NCBI GenBank assembly: GCA_946004305.1
Contig: CAMFZJ010000001.1
Coordinates: forward strand, 1-43,754
DNA: 43,754 bases
From: an uncultured Clostridia bacterium
GTDB taxonomy: Bacteria; Bacillota; Clostridia; Oscillospirales; Acutalibacteraceae
Direction: 5' to 3'
The translations under genes and the position numbers were made by a program. The notes under the pieces were generated by a model. The model worked only from the letters and a program-made list of their open reading frames with translations. It was not told the origin of the DNA and did no database searches. Positions 36,586 to 43,754 of this stretch are shown one piece after another (positions within the stretch are counted from its first letter, which is position 1; each line of letters begins with the position of its first letter).

Positions 36586-37005
36586 ATGTATGGAGAAAAC
36601 TTTAAAGGCCATTTGCTAAAGTTCACTAAAAGCAAGGCAATATTCCCGACCAAATATATTGCTTTAGACAGTTTTAAAGCGACTCCTTTACAACGCACTG
36701 AAGTAAAAGCCTACCGTGACAGTCTTAACAAGCTCCACAGAGTAACCTCGCCAAACCACAAAACAAAACTCGTGTTTAGCACAACAGCACTCAATCTGGC
36801 AGAGCTTAGAGAGATTTTATCCTTACTGGATAATGCGTATGCAAATAAAACGCAAAGAAAGGTATCTGTGGAATATTGGGATGATGAATTGCTAAGCTAC
36901 CGCACTATGACAGCTTATTTGCCCGACATAACGTACACTAAAGAAAAAATCACAGGAAATGATATACAATACGAACCTGTTGAATTAACTTTCATTGAGT
37001 ATTAA
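36586..37005 (+). CDS. Distal tail protein
   Basis: Follows tape measure gene; ends in LTFIEY. Confidence 0.65.
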   Translation: MYGENFKGHLLKFTKSKAIFPTKYIALDSFKATPLQRTEVKAYRDSLNKLHRVTSPNHKTKLVFSTTALNLAELREILSLLDNAYANKTQRKVSVEYWDDELLSYRTMTAYLPDITYTKEKITGNDIQYEPVELTFIEY

Positions 37006-37019
37006 GGTGGCGGGAAAGT

Positions 37020-38324
37020 ATGCTTAAAATAAATAGTGATGATGAAAAAGATAAGCTATATAAAAGCCTGATTATGAACGAGCTTTTAGATAATATTCTT
37101 GAAATTACCATACTAAATGATGACGGTTTAACTGTTTCAACTATTACAGAGGACAATATTGTTTCCGAAAGTATGACGCTAAAACAAGAAATTTGTGATA
37201 GTGAGAATTTCAGGTTTGGCGGATGTATAGCAAGCGAATTTGACATACAACTGATAGATACTGAAGAAAAAACCTTCAGCAATGATTTAGTAGGTAAAAA
37301 AATTGTTGTAAAATTGTCGCAAGTCTATCCTTTGGAATTTTATCCTTCAACGGATTTGTATCCTAGTGTGGATTTGTATCCCGGATATCATAAGCTTACT
37401 CAGACGTGGCGCTTGTTTGTTGGAACAATAGACAGTGCCAAAATAGATGATGGAAATAAACATATACACAATATTGTGGCTTATGACCCTATTGCTAAGC
37501 TATACCAAAGCAATGTTAGTAACAACCTTTACAATGCTTCAACAAAGGATAAAGCTACAATCCGGGATTTATTATCTTTGTGTTTGGAAAGCTCTGAATA
37601 TAGTGCTGAGGATTTTAACTTATCTTCAGAGTATCAGTATCGAAATTATTATTGGGAAGCCGAGAAACAGAAAAATCCAAATGGGATAAAGATAACTAAG
37701 GGCGAACTCCTTAATGATATTTGTGATGTTAGTTGCGGTTTTGGCTTCTTTAGACCCAGTGAAGCAAAATTAAGGCTTTTGAACTGTAATGATAGCATAC
37801 ACGGAACAGAAAAATATGATTTTTATGAATCTCTAACAACAGATGAAAAATCAACATCCGGTTTTGATGGGTTATTCTTTCCGTATGCAGGAAAAATTGA
37901 AGATAAAAACAATGGTGGAGATTGGAAAAATGAAACAGGCATTTTATCACAAAATGGTTTAGTGGTTGGTGAGGACCCTGACGAATCAGAAAACTATTAT
38001 GATTATTCCGACAACATTCTTGCTTGGGATTATTCTTCGGATAATTCAGGCTCAAATTTAATAAAGGCATATGTTTTATACAACAACTTAAATGATAATC
38101 TATCAACAGAGCTTGATTATGTGCCGATTACCGCCGTTGTAGAAGGTAGATTGTGGGTTGAGGTAGGTGACACAATTATTATTAATGAACCTGAAACAGA
38201 TTTAAACGGTGATTTTATATATGATAACGAAGGAAACCAAGTTTTTACTAAAGTGAAAAGTAGAGTGCTTTCTCGCACTCTTACAGGTATTAAGGCTTTG
38301 ACAGATAGCATAGAAGCTAAGTAA
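37020..38324 (+). CDS. Tail hub/baseplate protein
   Basis: Position; FGGCIASEF, LYPS repeats, WVEVGD, LSRTLTGI. Confidence 0.7.
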   Translation: MLKINSDDEKDKLYKSLIMNELLDNILEITILNDDGLTVSTITEDNIVSESMTLKQEICDSENFRFGGCIASEFDIQLIDTEEKTFSNDLVGKKIVVKLSQVYPLEFYPSTDLYPSVDLYPGYHKLTQTWRLFVGTIDSAKIDDGNKHIHNIVAYDPIAKLYQSNVSNNLYNASTKDKATIRDLLSLCLESSEYSAEDFNLSSEYQYRNYYWEAEKQKNPNGIKITKGELLNDICDVSCGFGFFRPSEAKLRLLNCNDSIHGTEKYDFYESLTTDEKSTSGFDGLFFPYAGKIEDKNNGGDWKNETGILSQNGLVVGEDPDESENYYDYSDNILAWDYSSDNSGSNLIKAYVLYNNLNDNLSTELDYVPITAVVEGRLWVEVGDTIIINEPETDLNGDFIYDNEGNQVFTKVKSRVLSRTLTGIKALTDSIEAK

Positions 38325-38370
38325 TGACTATTAATAATTTAACAAATAAGATAAGAAAGGAAGTATATCA

Positions 38371-40560
38371 ATGGATAGTTATAGCAAAAATTCATGGACA
38401 AATGGTGGCGGAATACCTTTAAGTGCGGAACATCTGAATCATATGGAAGAGGGTATTTATAAAGCCACAGAGAAGCTAATCGAACTTGAAGAATTTGCAG
38501 AAGAAATTGATAATAACAAAGTACACTTTGGAGATTATTCAAGTTCTGTTACTGGTAATATAAGAGTTTTAGATAGTTTTAGAGATAACGAAACCGTATA
38601 CAAAGTCTTGCTATCAGGCGAATTATATGGCGGTACCAAAGATATGTATTGCTTAATGTATAATGCCGGAGATAGTCAAATCCTGTTAAGTGATGACGGA
38701 CAAATCTATTCAAGAAGTACAGCTGATGATATTTTTAAATCAATAACATCAAATAAGCTTGACGATACTGATAACAGCGTCAAGAGTAACAACCTTGCTG
38801 ACGGTGCAGTCACATCAGCTAAAATAGCTGAGGGTGCTGTTACTAGAGGAAAGATTGGGTACCAAGCTATTTCAGATTCACATCAAATTGCCAGCGGAGT
38901 TATTAAAGGCTATACAGCACAATATGATAGGGGACACATAGCCGAAAAGACAATCACAGAATATAACCTTGCCGACAATGTTGTTACAACTGAAAAAATT
39001 GTTGATAATGCTGTTTCATCAGGCAAAATTATGGACAGGGCTGTTGGGTTTAGCAAGCTTGATAAGGACACAATGATTGACACATCTTCAAACAGCAGTA
39101 TGTCATATGCTCTTGCAAGTGACAGCCACATTCCAACCACAGGCTTTGTTAAGGCTATTAACGAGGGAACAAAAGAGAAGATAGATACCGAGATAGCTCA
39201 GGTCAACAAAAGCATTGATAATCTGTTTGTAAAAAAAGAATTGCTTGTTAATCTTTCAAGCTTTATTGACGAAAGCACAGGCGATTACAAAAATCCAGGC
39301 AGATATTACTATAGCTCAGCAGACAAAATAGTGGGAATTTCCAACGATAGCAATTACGCTTGCATTCCGATTGAGCTTAAAGCAGGGTTGTACTCTGTTG
39401 AAAATATTAATCCATATTATTCATTTTATTTACTCAACAATCAGGTTGTAAGGTTTGGCGGTGCAGAAAACGCATTTATAAGTACAACATTTGAGTTACC
39501 AATAGATACCACTTTATATGTGACTATTCGTGTAGTTTCTTCGTCAAACGGTCACGAAACCGTTGCAATTGCAAGCGGTGACACAATCCCTGACGATATT
39601 TCAACTCTTGGTGTGTTTAGCTATGACACCCACACAAAGCTTGACAGCGTAGCGAAGCTTGAAGAAAAAATACCTTCCGTTATTACAGTCAAAAAAGACG
39701 GAACAGGAGATTTTTCAACCTTAAAGGAAGCAGTAGAGTATTCTCAAACTAAAAGTGATTTGACAATTGAGGTATATGAGGGAACATATGACTTGATTGA
39801 AGAATTTGGAGATGAGTATTTTACCAATTTATCAGGTACTTCACAAAGACGGGGCTTGCAGATAGGTAACGGAGTACATTTGATTTTCTCCAGCGGTTCT
39901 AAGGTTGTTTGCCATTATCAGGGAGATAACGAAACAGTAAAAACCTGTTTCTCTCCTTTTAATTATATTCAGTGTACAAAAGGCTTTACCCTTGAAAATC
40001 TAACCCTTGAAGCTTCAAATGTAAGATATGCAATTCACGATGAGGCAGGTTCAAGTACATTGAATATGTATAGAAACACCTATAAGAATTGTAAAATTAC
40101 AATAGATAACTCAAATAATGAGGTTTGGAAAAAACATAAGTGTATTGGTGGCGGATTAGGGCTTCACGGTGAAATAATTATAGAAAACTGTAGCTTTACC
40201 GATATGTATAATGTTGGTTCCAAAGTATCAGCAGTAAGCTACCATAATGTAGTTTCGGAAGGTGCAAAAAGCAGAATTATAGTAACAGGCTGTTACTTCT
40301 CGGACAATGCAACTTTTAGCTTGGCATACTACGGCAACAGTACGGAAATAACGGAAGCATATGTAAGCAACTGCTCTATGACCTATGAGCCGTATGTTAG
40401 AGCTGAAACAAGCGAATACACAACTGAAAACGTAAAGCTTATTATGTGGAATAACACAATTAATGATGGTGCTTCATACACAGCAGGAAACGGAATTAAA
40501 ATTGAAAACAATACTATTTCCCTTAACCTGCCTGTTTATAGCGGAGGTGTAGTCGAATGA
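38371..40560 (+). CDS. Tail fibre/spike with pectin-lyase-like beta-helix (putative depolymerase)
   Basis: LSAEHLNHMEEGI N-terminus; ADGAVTSAKI repeats; ITVKKDGTGDFSTLKEAVE; IEVYEGTY. Confidence 0.7.
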   Translation: MDSYSKNSWTNGGGIPLSAEHLNHMEEGIYKATEKLIELEEFAEEIDNNKVHFGDYSSSVTGNIRVLDSFRDNETVYKVLLSGELYGGTKDMYCLMYNAGDSQILLSDDGQIYSRSTADDIFKSITSNKLDDTDNSVKSNNLADGAVTSAKIAEGAVTRGKIGYQAISDSHQIASGVIKGYTAQYDRGHIAEKTITEYNLADNVVTTEKIVDNAVSSGKIMDRAVGFSKLDKDTMIDTSSNSSMSYALASDSHIPTTGFVKAINEGTKEKIDTEIAQVNKSIDNLFVKKELLVNLSSFIDESTGDYKNPGRYYYSSADKIVGISNDSNYACIPIELKAGLYSVENINPYYSFYLLNNQVVRFGGAENAFISTTFELPIDTTLYVTIRVVSSSNGHETVAIASGDTIPDDISTLGVFSYDTHTKLDSVAKLEEKIPSVITVKKDGTGDFSTLKEAVEYSQTKSDLTIEVYEGTYDLIEEFGDEYFTNLSGTSQRRGLQIGNGVHLIFSSGSKVVCHYQGDNETVKTCFSPFNYIQCTKGFTLENLTLEASNVRYAIHDEAGSSTLNMYRNTYKNCKITIDNSNNEVWKKHKCIGGGLGLHGEIIIENCSFTDMYNVGSKVSAVSYHNVVSEGAKSRIIVTGCYFSDNATFSLAYYGNSTEITEAYVSNCSMTYEPYVRAETSEYTTENVKLIMWNNTINDGASYTAGNGIKIENNTISLNLPVYSGGVVE

Positions 40561-41396
40561 TTAATGTTGAAATGACAAAATCGTCTGGTGTTACGTTAGC
40601 AACTGAAAATACCATTTGCAATGAAAACGTAAAAGTCACTATTGCAAATGGCGAAAATCTAATAGCGGAAAACATTAAAAAAGACGTGCAGATTGCAGAC
40701 GTTGTAGGAACATTTGAGGGTGGTGGCGGTGATGATACCGTTTTGAAAGGTTTAATTCAACGTGATATAACTGAAATTGTTATTCCTGATAGTGTAACAA
40801 GCATTGGAAGTTATGCTTTTTACGGCTTTAACAGCTTAAACAAAATCTCACTTCCCAATAGCTTAATAACGATTGGTGCATGTGCGTTTATGGGTTGTTC
40901 GAGCTTGAGAAGTTTAAAAACCCCATTGAATGTGGAAATACTACCAAAGCAAATGTGTGGGAATTGCACTTCATTATCGTCAGTAACTTTTTTAGGTGAT
41001 ATAAAACAAATAGGTGTAGAGGCTTTTTTGCAATGTTATGATTTGAAAGAACTCATACTTCCAAACAGTCTTATCATGATAGACAATGACGCTTTTACAA
41101 GAAGTGGTTTAGTAAATGTTAATTTACCCACTTCGTTAACAAGCGTAAGCACAAATGCTTTTCGCAGTTGTACAAAATTAGAGTTTGTAACTCTTGAACA
41201 AGGCTTTAATGCGAATAATTTAAACTTATCCGCAAGTAATCTATACACAGCAGAAACAATAGTATCTTGGATTGAAGCACTTGCTGATAGAACAGGACAA
41301 TCCACGTACATATTAACTATTGGTAGCACTAATATTGCAAAACTGACTGAAGAACAAATTGCAATAGCAACAAATAAAAACTGGACTTTAGCATAA
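40557..41396 (+). CDS. BspA-like leucine-rich repeat (LRR_5) protein
   Basis: About six IPDSVTSIGSYAF-type repeats; ends ATNKNWTLA. Confidence 0.85.
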   Translation: MINVEMTKSSGVTLATENTICNENVKVTIANGENLIAENIKKDVQIADVVGTFEGGGGDDTVLKGLIQRDITEIVIPDSVTSIGSYAFYGFNSLNKISLPNSLITIGACAFMGCSSLRSLKTPLNVEILPKQMCGNCTSLSSVTFLGDIKQIGVEAFLQCYDLKELILPNSLIMIDNDAFTRSGLVNVNLPTSLTSVSTNAFRSCTKLEFVTLEQGFNANNLNLSASNLYTAETIVSWIEALADRTGQSTYILTIGSTNIAKLTEEQIAIATNKNWTLA

Positions 41397-41412
41397 AAAC
41401 AGGAGGTAAAAT

Positions 41413-41619
41413 ATGGAACTAAAAATGTTAAGTTTTCCAAGTGGAATAAGAATGGTATTTTGTGAGGATACAGAAAATTTTGTTGTCACAGATGTAGAAA
41501 CCGAAACAATGAGAGCAGAGTTTATCTATTTGGGAAAAGATGATAGCATTGACAACTACAAGGCAATCGATAGAAATACACCTGTTCCTGAACAAACAGA
41601 AAGCGAGGAAACATTATGA
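41413..41619 (+). CDS. Hypothetical tail-associated protein
   Basis: AGGAGGT RBS; YLGKDDSIDNY. Confidence 0.6.
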   Translation: MELKMLSFPSGIRMVFCEDTENFVVTDVETETMRAEFIYLGKDDSIDNYKAIDRNTPVPEQTESEETL

Positions 41620-42047
41620 AAGAATTAATTAGCACCGCTATTGGTGTTGTAGGAAGTTTTATTGCCGGACTTTTCGGCGGATGGAGTACAGGCATGGCGA
41701 CATTATTAATCTTTATGGCAGTTGACTATTTAACAGGCTTAATCTGTGCAGGGGTTTTTAAGTCCTCAGCAAAATCAAAAAGCGGTGGACTTGAAAGCCG
41801 AGCCGGCTGGAAAGGACTGTGCCGTAAAGGTGTTACAATCCTAATAGTGCTTGTTGCTTATAGGCTTGATTTACTTATTGGCACAAACTACATAAGAGAT
41901 GCAGTTGTTATTGCCTTTTGTGCTAACGAATTAATCTCAATCGTTGAGAATTGCGGACTTATGGGTTTACCGTTGCCTAAGCCTATAATTAAGGCTATTG
42001 ATGTATTAAAAAACAAAACAGAAAAGGATGATGAGGAAAATGAGTAA
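41616..42047 (+). CDS. Holin (phage holin 4 / toxin-secretion family)
   Basis: GGW, DYLTG, GLCRK, NELISIVEN.GLMG.P.P. Confidence 0.9.
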   Translation: MKELISTAIGVVGSFIAGLFGGWSTGMATLLIFMAVDYLTGLICAGVFKSSAKSKSGGLESRAGWKGLCRKGVTILIVLVAYRLDLLIGTNYIRDAVVIAFCANELISIVENCGLMGLPLPKPIIKAIDVLKNKTEKDDEENE

Positions 42048-42840
42048 TTCAAAACTTGTTAATTACAAAAAGCTATCACCATATAATAGTGGTCGCCGAA
42101 CTCACAAGATTGATACAGTATCAATCCATTGTGTTGTCGGTCAAATGTCTGCGTTAAGTTTAGGTTATGAATTTTCAAAACCATTTAAAAATGCTTCATC
42201 AAATTATGGTATAGGATATGATGGCGAAATCGGTTGTTATGTAAATGAGGATTCTGTAAGTTGGTGTACATCTTCACAAGAAAATGATAACAGAGCCGTT
42301 ACAATCGAAGTAGCTTCTGATACATTTGCTCCGTATAAAGTTACAAATAAAGCTTATAAGTCGCTTATAACACTTCTAGCTGATATTTGTATTCGTAACA
42401 ATATTAAAGAATTGAAGTGGAAAGCTGACAAGAGCTTAATCGGTCAAGTTGATAAGCAGAATATGACTGTACACAGATGGTTTAATCCGGGAAAGTCTTG
42501 CCCCGGCGATTATCTATATAATCTTCATGGACAGATTGCCAAAGAAGTAAACGAAAGAATTAACTGTGGCTTTAAGATTGGCAAAAAGGTTCGTTTCACC
42601 AAAAATAAGAACATCTACAAGGCAGACTGCAAGACTAGGGTTAAATATAGCTCACTAAACAAAAATTGGAAGGCAAAATCACACAAGGGTATAACAGGTA
42701 AAGCTGTATTTGATAAAGGAGAAACAGCAATTTTGAAAGCTATTGAACACAAAAACGGCAAAGTGTTCGGTGTGTTCGGTGGCAAGAATTATAGAATATT
42801 GCTCGTTGACAAAAAAGGCAAGAAAACCGGAAAACAGTAA
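42040..42840 (+). CDS. Endolysin, N-acetylmuramoyl-L-alanine amidase (Amidase_2)
   Basis: SIHCVVG, ASSNYGIG, TIEVA, HRWF..KSCPG; basic C-terminus. Confidence 0.9.
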   Translation: MSNSKLVNYKKLSPYNSGRRTHKIDTVSIHCVVGQMSALSLGYEFSKPFKNASSNYGIGYDGEIGCYVNEDSVSWCTSSQENDNRAVTIEVASDTFAPYKVTNKAYKSLITLLADICIRNNIKELKWKADKSLIGQVDKQNMTVHRWFNPGKSCPGDYLYNLHGQIAKEVNERINCGFKIGKKVRFTKNKNIYKADCKTRVKYSSLNKNWKAKSHKGITGKAVFDKGETAILKAIEHKNGKVFGVFGGKNYRILLVDKKGKKTGKQ

Positions 42841-42865
42841 TAAGCGATTTATCAGTAAATTAAAA

Positions 42866-42907
42866 TCCCCACTTACTCTGATTGAGTAGGTGGGGAGATT
42901 ATTTTTT
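42866..42907. terminator. Terminator between convergent lysin and HTH genes
   Basis: TCCCCACTTACTC / GAGTAGGTGGGGA stem with A/T-rich flanks. Confidence 0.75.
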
Positions 42908-43262
42908 AGAAATAAAAACTTATTCTGACATTTTCGTTATAAACATCGTGGAACTCTGATTCAAGAGCTTTAATTTGATATTTATTTAATTTTTTCAAAT
43001 CATCAAATGTCATATCATATTTATTTAATATTTTTTCAATTTTTTCTTTTTTAGTCAATATTTCAACTTTTTCATCTACTAAGTCATAAACGGAGCAGTC
43101 AAGAGCTTTGCAAATTTTATCAAGAGTACCCCATTTTATAGAATTCAAGTGCCTAACTTCTCTTTCAATGTCAGAAATGTACTGCTTAGCACAACCGACT
43201 TCATCAGCCAGTTGCTGTTGTGTCAAGCCTCTAAGATTTCTTATTTTTTTCAAATTGTTCAT
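42906..43262 (-). CDS. XRE HTH protein (Aca-like position)
   Basis: LKKIRNLRGLTQQQLADEVGCAKQYISDIE, plus a ~50-aa C-terminal extension. Confidence 0.85.
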   Translation of the reverse strand: MNNLKKIRNLRGLTQQQLADEVGCAKQYISDIEREVRHLNSIKWGTLDKICKALDCSVYDLVDEKVEILTKKEKIEKILNKYDMTFDDLKKLNKYQIKALESEFHDVYNENVRISFYF

Positions 43263-43303
43263 TTTAATATACCTTATTCAAAAATTTAGGATTTTCCTTT
43301 ACC

Positions 43304-43513
43304 TTATATAATTTCATATCCACAAATTTCAAATTCATCTTCGTCAATTTCTCTGTATTGAGGATACAGACGGTGTTCAGAATCAATTTCGAAGTATTCG
43401 CCGTTCCAAAACTCATCTCCGTACTGTTCGAACCATTCACCGAGAGCGTTAATATCGTCTTGAGTTGCGTTTGGATTTAATGCATTGTTTTTTAATTCAT
43501 TGTAGTCGTACAT
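43304..43513 (-). CDS. 69-aa highly acidic protein (anti-defence candidate)
   Basis: 19 D/E versus 3 K/R; aromatic-rich; GAAAGGA RBS. Confidence 0.75.
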   Translation of the reverse strand: MYDYNELKNNALNPNATQDDINALGEWFEQYGDEFWNGEYFEIDSEHRLYPQYREIDEDEFEICGYEII

Positions 43514-43563
43514 GATTTTTCCTTTCCGGTGTTTAGGATTTTCCTTTCCTTATCTTTGACTAT

Positions 43564-43654
43564 ATTATAACACAAAAATATGAATTTGTAAACTATAAAT
43601 GTTACTTTTTTAAATAAAATTATGCACAAATGTTATGTATGTTTTTTGTGCATA
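43564..43654 (-). promoter_or_regulatory. Strong sigma-A promoter with upstream 10-bp inverted repeat
   Basis: TTTACA-N17-(TG)TATAAT (43592-43564); TATGCACAAA-N14-TTTGTGCATA (43621-43654). Confidence 0.75.
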
Positions 43655-43674
43655 TTTACAAAACATTACATTAT

Positions 43675-43709
43675 AAAACTATAACATTTTGGAATACGCA
43701 CCTCCATAC
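43675..43709. other. Right prophage att junction (phage arm plus core ACCTCCATAC 43700-43709)
   Basis: Core identical to 8047-8056; arm AAAACTATAACATTTTGG. Confidence 0.9.
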
Positions 43710-43753
43710 TGTGTGATAATTATTTTAGCAAGCTTTGGGTTTGGATTTTTGAT
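43700..43753 (-). pseudogene. cotJC: 5' segment of cotJC (start codon lies beyond the window)
   Basis: Minus strand reads IKNPNPKLAKIIITQYGG, the CotJC N-terminal region, then runs into phage sequence. Confidence 0.9.
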
Positions 43754-43754
43754 A

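Larger units (their letters stand above)
8047..43709. mobile_element. Apparently complete temperate siphovirus-like prophage (35,653-bp circle if excised) integrated in cotJC
   Basis: Integrase, lysogeny, replication, packaging, head, tail and lysis modules in canonical order between two matching att cores. Confidence 0.93.

Noticed and set aside
40557-41396. LRR protein as target of a diversity-generating retroelement
   Set aside because: No reverse transcriptase and no template/variable repeat pair seen in the window.
43285-43553. Repeats as solitary CRISPR repeat units (RNA anti-CRISPRs)
   Set aside because: No palindromic stem and no GAAAC/ATTGAAA-type end; no resemblance to CRISPR repeats I know.
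1-43754. tRNA or rRNA genes
   Set aside because: No cloverleaf or rRNA-like sequence noticed by eye; both integration sites are in a protein-coding gene.

Overview
Low-GC Clostridia-type DNA in which almost the whole window is two adjacent mobile elements, both integrated into the same host gene. On the minus strand I read two short pieces of the spore-coat manganese-catalase gene cotJC: 43753-43700 (IKNPNPKLAKIIITQYGG) and 8055-7948 (YGGPDGELGASLRYLSQRFTMPLPELKATLTDIGSE). Between them sits an apparently complete ~35.65 kb siphovirus-like prophage (8047-43709), bounded by the 10-bp core ACCTCCATAC. It has a large serine integrase, a CI/Cro switch, recombination and replication genes, PBSX-type terminase, A118-like head/tail genes, holin and amidase. 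Excision at the core rejoins the two cotJC pieces in frame. A second, non-phage serine-recombinase element (<1 to ~7947) interrupts cotJC again about 100 bp further on, at the Mn-binding E-E-x-x-H motif, so the gene is split in three. That element carries a candidate defence operon with an SF2 helicase-HExxH peptidase fusion, and its recombinase takes its C-terminus and stop codon from the antisense strand of cotJC. Other points of interest: an Acr/Aca-like operon beside the right att site, a frameshifted MuF-type minor capsid-metallopeptidase toxin with a candidate immunity gene, a probable antisense sRNA upstream of the phage integrase, and a third (tyrosine) recombinase inside the phage. 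All calls come from reading the sequence by eye; no searches were run.
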